NCBI GenBank assembly: GCA_965222605.1
Contig: OZ244960.1
Coordinates: forward strand, 2,656,001 to 2,720,000
DNA: 64,000 nucleotides
Source: Candidatus Latescibacterota bacterium
GTDB taxonomy: Bacteria; Latescibacterota; UBA2968
Reading direction: 5' to 3'
Shown: positions 10,523-20,567 of the stretch, in pieces
How the letters are laid out: every line of letters starts with the position of its first letter
Numbering within the stretch: the first letter of the stretch is position 1
Notes under the pieces: model-generated
What the model saw: the letters and a program-made list of their open reading frames with translations, nothing else
Database searches by the model: none
What the model was told of the DNA's origin: nothing
Program-made: the position numbers and the translations under genes

Positions 10523-11929
10523 ATGCCAAAAACAACAGACATAAAAATCAAATCCGTCGCCACCTACTTCCTCCCCGTACAAACGCGCATACCCTATCGC
10601 TTTGGCACCGAACAACTCGACAGCGTCACCTGCGTAAGAGTTCGCGTCGATATCGAAGACCACCGCGGCAACACCGCTTGCGGCTGGGGAGAAACACCCT
10701 TAAGCGCGCCCTGGGCATGGCCATCGCCACACCTCACATACACCATTAGAGAAACGGCCATGAAAAACTTCTGTCTCAAAATCGGACGCGCCTGGGCAGG
10801 TATCAACACAACCGGTCACCCCATAGAAATCGGCCACACATTCCAGGAAAATATCCTCCCCAATCTCCTGTCAGCCTTCAACATCGAACAACAAAACACC
10901 ACAGGGGACATGCCCCGCCTATCCGCGCTCGTCTGTGCATCGGCTTATGACCTCGCCCTCCACGACGCCTATGGCATGCTCCACAACATCGACACCTACG
11001 ACACGTACAACGCCGATTTCATGAACGCCGATCTCTCGCACTATCTCGACCCAGCCGACGACATCAACTACAACTTCTCCGGTCGCTATCCCGAAACCTA
11101 TCTCATCCGCCCGCGCCCAAACCGCCTGCCCGCATGGCACGCCGTAGGCGGCAACGACCTCCTCGACGACGCCGAACGCACAGGCGATGAACCCGACGAC
11201 GGCTATCCCGTGGTCCTCCCCGACTGGATACAGCGCGACGGCATCACCTGCCTCAAAATCAAACTCACCGGACAAGAACCCGGATGGGACTACGACCGCA
11301 TCGTCCGCATCGGACAAATCGGCATCGAACACAATGCCATGTGGTTGTGTACAGACTTCAACTGCACCGTCCAGGAAGTCGATTACGTCAACGACATCCT
11401 GGACCGCCTCCTGACCGACCACCCGCGCATCTATCAAATGATCCTCTACGTCGAACAACCCTTTGCTTATGAACTCTCTGACAACCCCCTCCACGTACAC
11501 AGCATCTCCGCGCGCAAACCCCTCTTCATGGACGAAAGCGCGCACGACTGGCGCGTCATACGCCTGGGGCGGCAACTCGGCTGGACCGGCGTCGCACTCA
11601 AAACCTGCAAAACCCAAACCGGCGCCCTGCTCTCCCTCTGCTGGGCACGCGCACACGGCATGACACTCATGGTACAGGACCTCACAAATCCCATGTTCGC
11701 CCAAATCCCCCACGCCCTGCTCACCGCCCATGCCGGCACCGTCATGGGCTTTGAAACCAACGCCATGCAATTTTATCCCGACGCCTCACTCCCCGAAGCC
11801 GCCGTACACCCCGGCGTCTATCGCCGGCAAAACGGCCACATCGACATCTCCACAGTCAAAGGTCCCGGCTTTGGATACAAACACCACTTGATCAACCGCA
11901 CACTTCCGGAACCCGCTGATAGGAATTGA
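10523..11929 (+). CDS. Enolase superfamily (mandelate racemase/muconate lactonizing-like) enzyme
   Basis: GWGETPL, KIKL, DFN, EQP, DES motifs. Confidence 0.75.
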   Translation: MPKTTDIKIKSVATYFLPVQTRIPYRFGTEQLDSVTCVRVRVDIEDHRGNTACGWGETPLSAPWAWPSPHLTYTIRETAMKNFCLKIGRAWAGINTTGHPIEIGHTFQENILPNLLSAFNIEQQNTTGDMPRLSALVCASAYDLALHDAYGMLHNIDTYDTYNADFMNADLSHYLDPADDINYNFSGRYPETYLIRPRPNRLPAWHAVGGNDLLDDAERTGDEPDDGYPVVLPDWIQRDGITCLKIKLTGQEPGWDYDRIVRIGQIGIEHNAMWLCTDFNCTVQEVDYVNDILDRLLTDHPRIYQMILYVEQPFAYELSDNPLHVHSISARKPLFMDESAHDWRVIRLGRQLGWTGVALKTCKTQTGALLSLCWARAHGMTLMVQDLTNPMFAQIPHALLTAHAGTVMGFETNAMQFYPDASLPEAAVHPGVYRRQNGHIDISTVKGPGFGYKHHLINRTLPEPADRN

Positions 11930-11934
11930 AAGAC

Positions 11935-12029
11935 AAAACCTTCTGGATCGCACGGGACGGCACGGGGACCGTCCCCTACAACACCATGCCGCGATGACGC
12001 ACGGGACGGCACGGGGACCGTCCCCTACA
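11935..12029 (+). repeat. Composite repeat: CTGGATCGC..GCCGCGATGAC element with a nested REP, plus a second REP copy
   Basis: ctggatcgc-acgggacggcacggggaccgtcccctaca-acaccatgccgcgatgac, then the REP repeated. Confidence 0.85.
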
Positions 12030-12046
12030 CAAAAAGGCACATACCA

Positions 12047-12637
12047 ATGTCCTCTCGCACCGCACACATCCAGCGCAAAACCTCTGAAACCGACATTGAT
12101 CTCACCCTCACCCTCATGGGCACAGGAGAATCGCACATCGACACGGGCATCGGCTTTTTTGACCACATGCTCACAGCCCTTGCCCGCCACGGCTTATTCG
12201 ACCTCACCGTCACCTGCAAAGGCGACCTCGACGTCGATGCACACCACACCGTCGAAGACGTCGGCATCTGCCTGGGCATGGCCCTCTCTAACGCACTGGG
12301 CGACAAAACCGGCATCGCGCGATTCGGCTTTGCCTACGTACCCATGGACGAAGCCCTCGCCCGCGCCGTGGTCGATCTGTCCGGACGCGCGCACCTGATC
12401 TATTGTGCCGAATTCGCCGAAGAACGCATCGGCGCATTTCCCACAGCCCTGGGCCTCGAATTTTTCACCGCACTCGCGCACAACGCCCGCTTGAACCTGC
12501 ACATCGACCTCATCCGCGGCAACAACGCGCACCACGGCATGGAAGCCATCTTCAAAGCCGTCGCCCGATCCCTGCGACAAGCCGTCACCCTCGACAACCG
12601 CATCAGCGGCATACCCTCGACCAAAGGAAGCCTGTGA
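12047..12637 (+). CDS. hisB: Imidazoleglycerol-phosphate dehydratase
   Basis: TGIGFFDHML, DAHHTVED, PMDEAL, NAHHGMEAIFKA, IPSTKGSL. Confidence 0.97.
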   Translation: MSSRTAHIQRKTSETDIDLTLTLMGTGESHIDTGIGFFDHMLTALARHGLFDLTVTCKGDLDVDAHHTVEDVGICLGMALSNALGDKTGIARFGFAYVPMDEALARAVVDLSGRAHLIYCAEFAEERIGAFPTALGLEFFTALAHNARLNLHIDLIRGNNAHHGMEAIFKAVARSLRQAVTLDNRISGIPSTKGSL

Positions 12638-13194
12638 ACGCACAACCCGCCGCATTCATCGACCGCGACGGCACAATCAATATCGATGTCCACGACCTCA
12701 ATCGCGTGGAACAACTCCAACTCATCCCGCGAGCGGGAGAAGCCATTGCGCGCCTCAACCAGGCCGGTTATCCCGTCATCGTAATCACCAACCAATCCGC
12801 CATTGCGCGCGGCCTGCTCACAGAACCCGGATTGTCCGAGATTCATCGCGAACTCAAACACCAATTGTCCGCCTTCAACGCAACCATCGATGCCATCTAC
12901 CATTGTCCCCATCACCCCGATGGGAAAGACAATTGCACTTGCCGCAAACCCGCGCCGGGCATGATCTTGCGCGCTGCCAGTGAACACAACATCGACCTCG
13001 CGGGTTCTATCATGATAGGCGACAACGCAACCGACCTCGAAGCCGGGTGGCATGCCGGCTGTCGCGCAGCCCTCGTACGCACCGGCTGCGGCGAAGACGC
13101 CCTGGCAAAAATTGACCAACAAACGCGCGACCGCATAAGCTACATCGGCCGCGACTTATTCGACGTTGTAAACCGGATACTCACACATGCGTGA
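12634..13194 (+). CDS. gmhB: HAD phosphatase of the GmhB / histidinol-phosphatase family
   Basis: FIDRDGTIN, ITNQS, CPHHP..CTCRKP, IGD..TD; GTGA overlap with hisB. Confidence 0.8.
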   Translation: MNAQPAAFIDRDGTINIDVHDLNRVEQLQLIPRAGEAIARLNQAGYPVIVITNQSAIARGLLTEPGLSEIHRELKHQLSAFNATIDAIYHCPHHPDGKDNCTCRKPAPGMILRAASEHNIDLAGSIMIGDNATDLEAGWHAGCRAALVRTGCGEDALAKIDQQTRDRISYIGRDLFDVVNRILTHA

Positions 13195-14611
13195 AAAATT
13201 TCCTCCCATAGACCTCTCCAAAGTCAAAACCTCCCCACTCTCAGAACGCGACAGCAAAGTCGCGCTCTCGGGATTTGCCACACCTGCACGCGGCGGCGCG
13301 TCCTTTGCCCATTTTCTCACCAGCCTGCCCGACATCTTGATCGGTGCGGACTTTCGCCAATTCGCGCGCCAACTCGCCCATGCCATCCAAAACAAAAAAA
13401 CCATTGCCATCGGCATTGGCGGTCACGTCATCAAATGCGGCTTATCCCCCGTGCTCATCGACCTCATGGAACGCGGCTCCATCTCTGCCATAGCCATGAA
13501 CGGCGCCACAGCCATCCACGATATCGAAATCGCCATGCACGGACAAACATCCGAAGACGTCGCCCAGGGACTTCAAGACGGCTCCTTTGGCATGGCGCGA
13601 GACACCGGCGACTTTATCAACCACACCATCAACGCATCAGCGGGCGGATACGGCAGCGCACTCGGCAAAAAAATCACAGACACAGACCTGCCCCATCGCA
13701 ACCACAGCATCCTCGCCAATGCCCATGCATTGGACATACCAACCACTGTACACGTCGCCATTGGCACAGACATCACACACCAGCAACCCGGTGTTAGTGG
13801 CGAAGCCATTGGCCGCGCAACCTTTGAAGACTTTCGCACCTTCTGCTCTGTCGTCTCCACCCTCGAAGGCGGCGCATACCTCAATATTGGCTCCGCCGTC
13901 ATCCTCCCCGAACTCTTTCTCAAAGCCCTCACCGTTGCCCGCAACCTGGGCCACACCGTCGATCACTTCATCACAGCCAACTTCGACATGATCCAGCACT
14001 ATCGCCCGCGCGTCAACGTAGTACAACGCCCCACCATGCAAGGCGGCACAGGCTACGCCTTTACCGGCCACCACGAACTCATGATCCCCCTGCTCGCGCA
14101 CGCCCTCACCTGCATGCTCGCAGACCCCGTGCCCGACCACAAAATTATCACCCGCGATCAGGCCATCCAGATTCGCAACCGCCTCAAAGACATCGGCGCA
14201 AAAGTCGTCTTCACCAACGGCTGTTTTGACCTCATCCACCGCGGCCACGTCACCTATCTTCAAAAAGCCAGCGCACATGGCGAAACCCTCTTCCTGGGCC
14301 TCAACACCGACGAATCCGTGCGCCGACTCAAAGGCCATAACCGCCCCATCTTACCCCTCGAAGACCGCGCCGGCGTACTCGCCGCCCTCGAATGCATAGA
14401 CTATATTATCCCCTTTGCCGAAGACACCCCCAAAGACCTCATAGCCGTCCTCTTGCCCGATGTCCTCATAAAAGGCGGGGACTATCAACCCGAAGAAATC
14501 GTCGGACGCGAAGAAGTCGAATCCCACGGAGGCATTGTCACCACCATCCCCCTGATTGAAGGTCAATCCACGACCAGCATCATCGAAAAAATTTACGGAG
14601 GCGCACCATGA
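13187..14611 (+). CDS. Fusion of a deoxyhypusine-synthase-like domain and heptose-1-phosphate adenylyltransferase (RfaE2/HldC)
   Basis: C-terminal FTNGCFDLIHRGHV..GLNTDESVRRLKG..KGGDY; about 310 aa N-terminal domain with GGHVIKCGL..MNGATAIHD..GSAVILPE..GHHELM. Confidence 0.75.
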   Translation: MREKFPPIDLSKVKTSPLSERDSKVALSGFATPARGGASFAHFLTSLPDILIGADFRQFARQLAHAIQNKKTIAIGIGGHVIKCGLSPVLIDLMERGSISAIAMNGATAIHDIEIAMHGQTSEDVAQGLQDGSFGMARDTGDFINHTINASAGGYGSALGKKITDTDLPHRNHSILANAHALDIPTTVHVAIGTDITHQQPGVSGEAIGRATFEDFRTFCSVVSTLEGGAYLNIGSAVILPELFLKALTVARNLGHTVDHFITANFDMIQHYRPRVNVVQRPTMQGGTGYAFTGHHELMIPLLAHALTCMLADPVPDHKIITRDQAIQIRNRLKDIGAKVVFTNGCFDLIHRGHVTYLQKASAHGETLFLGLNTDESVRRLKGHNRPILPLEDRAGVLAALECIDYIIPFAEDTPKDLIAVLLPDVLIKGGDYQPEEIVGREEVESHGGIVTTIPLIEGQSTTSIIEKIYGGAP

Positions 14612-15588
14612 CCCAAAACCGCCTCCGAGAAATACTCCATTCGTTCTCAAATCGCCACATTCTCGTCATCGGCGACCTCATGCTCGACCACTACCTGTGG
14701 GGCGTAACCAGACGCATCTCTCCCGAAGCACCCGTGCCCATCGTCAATATCGAATCTGAAACCCATCGCCCCGGCGGCGCAGCCAACGTCGCTTATAACC
14801 TGCGCGTACTCGGTGCCCACGTCACCGCTGCCGGCATCATCGGACAAGACAACAATGGAGAACACCTCAAAACCGCACTGACCAGAGAAAGCATTGACCT
14901 CTCCGGCATCGTCGAAACCCCGCATCGCCCCACCACATCCAAAACGCGTATCATGGGACACACGCAATACCGACAACAACAGCAAATGATGCGCATTGAC
15001 CGAGAAGTCACCCATCCCATCACAGGCAAACTCCTCCACCAACTGCGCGACGCGATTGCCCGTACCCACGCACCCGACGCCATTTTTGTATCCGACTATG
15101 CCAAAGGCGTCGTCACACCCGACCTCATGGACACCGTGCGCCGCAACACCTGCCCCATCATCGTCGATCCCAAGGGCCGCAACTTCGACAAATACCGGGG
15201 CGTCACCGCAATCTCTCCCAACCAATCGGAAGCACTCGGCGTATTCAACCTGGACAATACCGACGAAAAAACAATCATCAACACCGGACATCGCCTCGTC
15301 AAAGAATACGAAATAGCACAGGTCTATATGACCCGCAGCGAAAAAGGCGTCGCCCTCTTCGAACCTCATGACCGCGTCACCCACATCCCGGCCACCACCC
15401 GCGATGTATTCGATGTCTCGGGCGCGGGCGACACCGCCGCCGCAGTCTATACCCTCGCCCTCATCTCGGGCGCATCACCTGCCGAAGCCGCGTATATTGG
15501 CAACCTCGCAGGCGGCATCGTCGTCGGCAAAGTAGGCGTTGAAACCGTATCTGTTGACGAACTCATGAACAGTCACACAATAACATGA
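14608..15588 (+). CDS. rfaE1: Heptose-7-phosphate kinase (RfaE1/HldA)
   Basis: GDLMLDHY, RISPEAPVP, GGAANVA, SDYAKG, DVSGAGDT. Confidence 0.93.
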   Translation: MTQNRLREILHSFSNRHILVIGDLMLDHYLWGVTRRISPEAPVPIVNIESETHRPGGAANVAYNLRVLGAHVTAAGIIGQDNNGEHLKTALTRESIDLSGIVETPHRPTTSKTRIMGHTQYRQQQQMMRIDREVTHPITGKLLHQLRDAIARTHAPDAIFVSDYAKGVVTPDLMDTVRRNTCPIIVDPKGRNFDKYRGVTAISPNQSEALGVFNLDNTDEKTIINTGHRLVKEYEIAQVYMTRSEKGVALFEPHDRVTHIPATTRDVFDVSGAGDTAAAVYTLALISGASPAEAAYIGNLAGGIVVGKVGVETVSVDELMNSHTIT

Positions 15589-16685
15589 ACATCTTACACA
15601 CCTCATACGACGACATCGACAACCCCTGGTGTGGCGGGGGCGGTGCCCTGCGCACCTGGGAAATCGCCCGTCGTCTATCGCACAAACACCAGATCACCAT
15701 CCTGACAGGTGCATATCCCAACGCGCCCAGAGAAGAAACCATAGACGGCGTACACATCCGCCGCCTGGGATCAGACCGCTCCTATCTCCTGAGCCGAATG
15801 AGCTTTGCCTACCACGCCTCCCGCGAAATCGCCCGCGCAAACACCGACCTGTGGGTCCATCAATTCTCGGCCTTTGCCCCCCTCTTAGTATCCAAAAAAA
15901 AAAGGCGCGAAAGCCTCCTCGAATTCTTCCACTTCATGGACGACCACGCCGTTAAAAAATATCCCCTGCTCGGCCACATTGCCCGCAAAGCCGAACAACG
16001 CGCCCTGCGCCTTCATCCCCACATCCTGACCATCTCACCCACAGTCACACGCCAGCTTGAAAAACGCGCACCCCACACACAATTTCACCTCGTCTATACC
16101 GGCGTCGATCAAATCTGTTTTGAAGCCCCCTGGGCAGAAGAGAACTACATCCTCTATTTTGGGCGCATGGACATCCACAACAAAGGCATCGACATCCTCC
16201 TCTCTGCCTTTGCCAAACTCAACGCACCCGATATCCGCCTCATCCTCTCAGGTCGAGGAACCCCTCAAAGCGAACGCGAACTGCAAGAAATGGCCCATCA
16301 TCTCAACATCGCAAACCGCGTCGAATTTACCGGCGCCGTCACACCCGAACAAAAAAACATCCTCATGGGCCATGCCCTCTTTGTCTGCATCCCCTCGCGC
16401 TACGAAGGCTGGGGCATCGTCGCCATTGAAGCCGCAGCCGCAGCCAAAGCCGTCATAGGCACCAACATCCCCGGACTCGCAGATGCCATCCGCGCCGATG
16501 AAACCGGCCTCCTCGTCCCACCGGAAAACCCCGAAGCACTCGCCAGTGCCATAAACCACCTGCTCCGCGATCCCCCCCTGCGCAAACGCCTGGGACAAGC
16601 GGGCCGCAAATGGGCTGCACAATTCACCTGGGACCGCACAGCACAAGCGCAAGAAGAGGTCTATCTGAAAGTTGCCAATGACTAA
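15585..16685 (+). CDS. GT4 family glycosyltransferase
   Basis: KGIDIL, PSRYEGWGIVAIEA, ETGLLV. Confidence 0.9.
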   Translation: MNILHTSYDDIDNPWCGGGGALRTWEIARRLSHKHQITILTGAYPNAPREETIDGVHIRRLGSDRSYLLSRMSFAYHASREIARANTDLWVHQFSAFAPLLVSKKKRRESLLEFFHFMDDHAVKKYPLLGHIARKAEQRALRLHPHILTISPTVTRQLEKRAPHTQFHLVYTGVDQICFEAPWAEENYILYFGRMDIHNKGIDILLSAFAKLNAPDIRLILSGRGTPQSERELQEMAHHLNIANRVEFTGAVTPEQKNILMGHALFVCIPSRYEGWGIVAIEAAAAAKAVIGTNIPGLADAIRADETGLLVPPENPEALASAINHLLRDPPLRKRLGQAGRKWAAQFTWDRTAQAQEEVYLKVAND

Positions 16686-18204
16686 ACGAACCACAACCCA
16701 TCTCTTCATCTTCCTCCTCTGCATCTACGCACTCACAGCAGGCGGACACTACGGAGGCGATGGATTTTGGAATTACCTCACCGCGCAAAGCCTGGTGCGC
16801 GATGGCGACCTCGTCATCTCCGACGAAAGCTTCACCCTGCCCGAAATGCAAAAACACCGCGATGCGATTACCTCATCTGGACGCCACTATTCCAAATACG
16901 GTCCCGGCATGCCCCTCGCAGAAATACCCTTCTACGCCATTGGCCTCCTCCTCACCCACATCTTCCCCAATATCCCCGCCGACTATCTCACCATGTTCAC
17001 CACCTCAATGACCAACGTGGTCATATCCGCCCTGTGGGTCCTCTTCTTCTTCTTAATCCTTCAATCCTTCAATTACCCACCATCCACCACAAAATGGCTC
17101 ACAGTCGCTTTTGCACTGGGCACCATGGTCCTACCATACTCGGGCTATGGATATTCAGAACCCCTCGTTGGACTCGGCTTGCTCATCGCAACACACAATC
17201 TCATCAAACGCCATCCCTCACCCATCCTTGCAGGGATTGGTCTTAGCATTGCCATCCTCACCAAATTCTACATCCTCATCCTTCTGCCAATCTCCCTCCT
17301 CTATCTGCGCCGCAACCGATATTCTACATCTCGCATCCTCGCCTTCTCAGCACCCATCGTCGCAGCCTGTCTTCTAATCGCCTATCACAACCACCTGCGT
17401 TACGGCAACATCTTACACACCGGATATCACCTCGACATCCTCGCCCAAAAAGGCGGCTATCTCGCCTTTATACCCACACAGATCTTCACCGCCTTTTACG
17501 GCCTGCTCTTCAGCACCGGACGCGGCCTCATCTTTTTTTTCCCACTAATATGCCTCTTACCCATCGCCTGCTCAAAATTCAAATCATCGCACCCAAACGA
17601 AGCGCGCCTCTTTTTCGGCTTCATCCTGATCCTATTTATCCTCCTCTTACCCATGATCGACTGGCACGCCGGATCCTCATGGGGTCCGCGTTATTTGCTT
17701 CCCATCCTCCCCTTTTGTATTTTTCCACTCGGCGTTCTCGCCGATATCAAATGGATACGCCGCCTCACCGTCCTCGGCTTCTTCATACAACTCCCCGCTG
17801 TGCTCATGAACCCCTATCTTTTTACGCACTTTGTACAGGACAAAAAAATAGGCGCAATAATCTTCGCGCCCCATCAAATGGGCGACCTGATCTTTTCGCC
17901 CAATTTATCCCCCATTCTCGGCGGCTACTACCAGATCACCTCGGCAATCCACCGCCTCATAACCGGGCAATCGCTCAACTACACCATCTCCTCCGGCACT
18001 GAACGCTTCGTCTCTGCATCTATAGAAAATTACGATCTCATCGACATGTGGTGGGTCAATGTCCTGCGCACAAATATCCTCAGTCCAATAATGACACTCG
18101 CACTCATCCTCGTCGTAATCTGCCTCATACTAATCGCCATCTACGCTGCGCGGCAAGCCATCTATTATCACCATCAAAAGTCAGAATCAGGATTTGCAGG
18201 ATGA
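16678..18204 (+). CDS. Multi-TM GT-C-like glycosyltransferase
   Basis: DG, YSKYGPG, LLFSTGRGL, WGPRYLLP motifs; many TM helices. Confidence 0.65.
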   Translation: MTKRTTTHLFIFLLCIYALTAGGHYGGDGFWNYLTAQSLVRDGDLVISDESFTLPEMQKHRDAITSSGRHYSKYGPGMPLAEIPFYAIGLLLTHIFPNIPADYLTMFTTSMTNVVISALWVLFFFLILQSFNYPPSTTKWLTVAFALGTMVLPYSGYGYSEPLVGLGLLIATHNLIKRHPSPILAGIGLSIAILTKFYILILLPISLLYLRRNRYSTSRILAFSAPIVAACLLIAYHNHLRYGNILHTGYHLDILAQKGGYLAFIPTQIFTAFYGLLFSTGRGLIFFFPLICLLPIACSKFKSSHPNEARLFFGFILILFILLLPMIDWHAGSSWGPRYLLPILPFCIFPLGVLADIKWIRRLTVLGFFIQLPAVLMNPYLFTHFVQDKKIGAIIFAPHQMGDLIFSPNLSPILGGYYQITSAIHRLITGQSLNYTISSGTERFVSASIENYDLIDMWWVNVLRTNILSPIMTLALILVVICLILIAIYAARQAIYYHHQKSESGFAG

Positions 18205-18272
18205 AAGGATAAACAGGATGAGAATCAAAAGCAAAAACCACTGGATCGCGGCTAACACCCTGCCGCGATGAC
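18188..18272 (+). repeat. CAGGAT short repeats followed by a CTGGATCGCGGC-N9-GCCGCGATGAC palindrome
   Basis: Same arrangement at 24422-24524. Confidence 0.85.
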
Positions 18273-18367
18273 GGCTTCAAGTTGATTCGCTGACTACTGG
18301 CCACTGACTGCGATGACAAGCACAGAATGGACAGTCTTTTTTTAACCGATGCAATAGCGTGCAGCAC

Positions 18368-18396
18368 TTGACGCAGCGACTGATTTACTATATAGA
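18368..18396 (+). promoter_or_regulatory. Putative sigma-70 promoter of ptuAB
   Basis: TTGACG-N17-TATAGA; AAGGAGG RBS at about 18479-18485. Confidence 0.5.
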
Positions 18397-18492
18397 TACA
18401 ATCAATTGGGATCGGCGCGGAGACGAGAAAGTTACCGCGCCAGATGTTGACCGCACGCGCTGGACTAAACCCAAAACAAAGGAGGTGCGATC

Positions 18493-19803
18493 GTGAAATT
18501 GAAATCCGTAACAATTGAAAATTATCGCGCCATAGAAAACCTCGTGCTACCTCTTGACCCAAAACTGACAGTGTTGCACGGAGCCAATGGACACGGCAAA
18601 ACAAGTGTTCTGAGCGCGATTACAGTGGGCTTGGGGGCGATTGAGATTCTGGGAACTTATCTCTATAAATCAACCATTGATTTCTCCGAGGAGGATTGGC
18701 GCAAGGACGCGGCGTCTCCCCGGGTCTGCGCCACCGATATAGATGGAAATACAGGGGAACGGCACGGGGAGGAAGCGACTGATGAACAGGAGGAAGCAAC
18801 AGATGTACGGGAGGAAGCGCGGAGAATGATCAGAACCAGAACGGATGCGATTCGGCGATTAGACAAGGCTCTTGCTACAGAGAAAGATATGCCGATAGTC
18901 GCCTTCTATGGTACTGATCGCATATTATCCAATATACCAGACAGGGTATTGTCGCAACGCGTTTCCCAGTACAAGCTTTCTCGTCGTACCGCGCTGGACG
19001 GTGCCCTCTCCGTCCGCACGGACTTCGAGGGTCTCTTGACCTGGTTTTATTTTAAGGAAAACGAAGAACTTCGAGAACGGAGAGAGCGGCGCGATTTCGA
19101 TTATCAACTCAAAGATGTATTCGTAATTCGTCAAGCGATATCTTCCATGCTCCCGGAAATATCCGATCCGCGTACTGAGTTAAATCCACTTCGTTTTGTA
19201 GTATCCCAGAAAACTGAGGAAGGCCGGATAGAGAAACTCTCCCTCAACCAATTGAGCGGCGGCTATCGCATCGTACTCGCATTGGCGGCGGATTTGGCGC
19301 GGCGCATGGCACAGGGCAACCCACATCTAAACGACCCACTCCAATCCGAAGCCATTGTCCTCATCGACGAAATCGAACTCCACCTGCATCCGGCGTGGCA
19401 ACAACGCATCCTGAGCGACCTCATTCGGACATTCCCCAACGCGCAATTCATCGTCTCTACCCACAGTCCTCAAGTACTAACGACAGTCAAGCCAAAGCAC
19501 ATTGTGGAACTGTACCGAGATGGCGACAACATTGTTGCCGGAGCACGGGAAGGGGCGACTTATGGTGCCGAAGCGGGAGATGTTCTTTCCGTGGTAATGG
19601 GCGTGAATGAAAGGCCCGATAACGACTTCACAAAAGCCCTGAATAAATACCGAAGTCTGATCAGAGAGGGGCAGTGGGATTCCGAAGAAGCCCGAACTCT
19701 GCGAGAAAGTCTGGAGGACCTGTCTCCCGACGATCCAGCCCTTGATCGCGCTGACCTTGAAATCCGACGGCGCAAGCTGTTTAAGCAGCGAGCAAAGTCG
19801 TAA
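18493..19803 (+). CDS. ptuA: ABC/AAA-type ATPase, PtuA-like (Septu / retron Ec78 effector family)
   Basis: GANGHGKTS, LSGG, IVLIDEIELHLHPAWQQ, FIVSTHSPQV; coupled to an HNH gene. Confidence 0.8.
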   Translation: MKLKSVTIENYRAIENLVLPLDPKLTVLHGANGHGKTSVLSAITVGLGAIEILGTYLYKSTIDFSEEDWRKDAASPRVCATDIDGNTGERHGEEATDEQEEATDVREEARRMIRTRTDAIRRLDKALATEKDMPIVAFYGTDRILSNIPDRVLSQRVSQYKLSRRTALDGALSVRTDFEGLLTWFYFKENEELRERRERRDFDYQLKDVFVIRQAISSMLPEISDPRTELNPLRFVVSQKTEEGRIEKLSLNQLSGGYRIVLALAADLARRMAQGNPHLNDPLQSEAIVLIDEIELHLHPAWQQRILSDLIRTFPNAQFIVSTHSPQVLTTVKPKHIVELYRDGDNIVAGAREGATYGAEAGDVLSVVMGVNERPDNDFTKALNKYRSLIREGQWDSEEARTLRESLEDLSPDDPALDRADLEIRRRKLFKQRAKS

Positions 19804-20564
19804 TGAAGAAACTCCGAGAATTGAACAATCCTACTTCCGGCCTTGCTGAATACCTCAATTCCGTAGGCGATGAGACGAATTGGGACGAATTCCGCTCTCA
19901 CAATTCAGGAGCATCGTACAATGAACTCAGGGATGCTCTAACCCAAAACCAGCATGGACTTTGCGCCTATTGTGAGATTGCAATCAAAGAATGGCGTCGT
20001 CAGGTTGAGCATGTAATTCCGCAAAGTGATGATAAATTGGACAAATCAAAGGACCTCGATATAGCTAACATGGTGGCCTGTTGTATGGGGGGAACCAGAC
20101 CGATGTATGGCCTGGAGGACAATCATTATCTTGAACCAGTGAAACGCAACATGAGTTGTGGTCAGGCAAAGGGGAATCAAAACGACGAAAACTTTATTGG
20201 TCCTCGGATACTACCTGCCTTGCCTTCGCTTATGAAGGTAACTGACAACGGACTGATTGAAGCAGACGAAAATGCTTGCCAAATGGCTGATTTTCTCCCA
20301 GACCATGTGACTCGCACCATTGAGATTCTAAACCTGAACGCGGAACGGCTCCGGTCAGCGCGGGAAAAGCGATGGAAGGGTCTTGATGAAGAATGGCAAC
20401 AAATTGACGTTATTGATGATCCAGATATGATGAATGATTGGATACGCTCCCTGCTAATACCAGATGAGAACGGACAGTTGACACGTTTCTTCACGACGAC
20501 CCGGTCTTACTTTGGCCCACTCAGCGAACCCATCCTCGCGCAACAACCTCAAACGTGGATATAA
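19803..20564 (+). CDS. ptuB: HNH endonuclease, PtuB-like
   Basis: QHGLCAYCE, VEHVIPQS, NMVACC, SCGQAKGN, TIEILNLN; TAATG overlap. Confidence 0.8.
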   Translation: MKKLRELNNPTSGLAEYLNSVGDETNWDEFRSHNSGASYNELRDALTQNQHGLCAYCEIAIKEWRRQVEHVIPQSDDKLDKSKDLDIANMVACCMGGTRPMYGLEDNHYLEPVKRNMSCGQAKGNQNDENFIGPRILPALPSLMKVTDNGLIEADENACQMADFLPDHVTRTIEILNLNAERLRSAREKRWKGLDEEWQQIDVIDDPDMMNDWIRSLLIPDENGQLTRFFTTTRSYFGPLSEPILAQQPQTWI

Positions 20565-20567
20565 ACT

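Noticed and set aside
18204-20564. Complete retron
   Set aside because: No reverse transcriptase ORF in the window and no convincing a1/a2 msr-msd structure.
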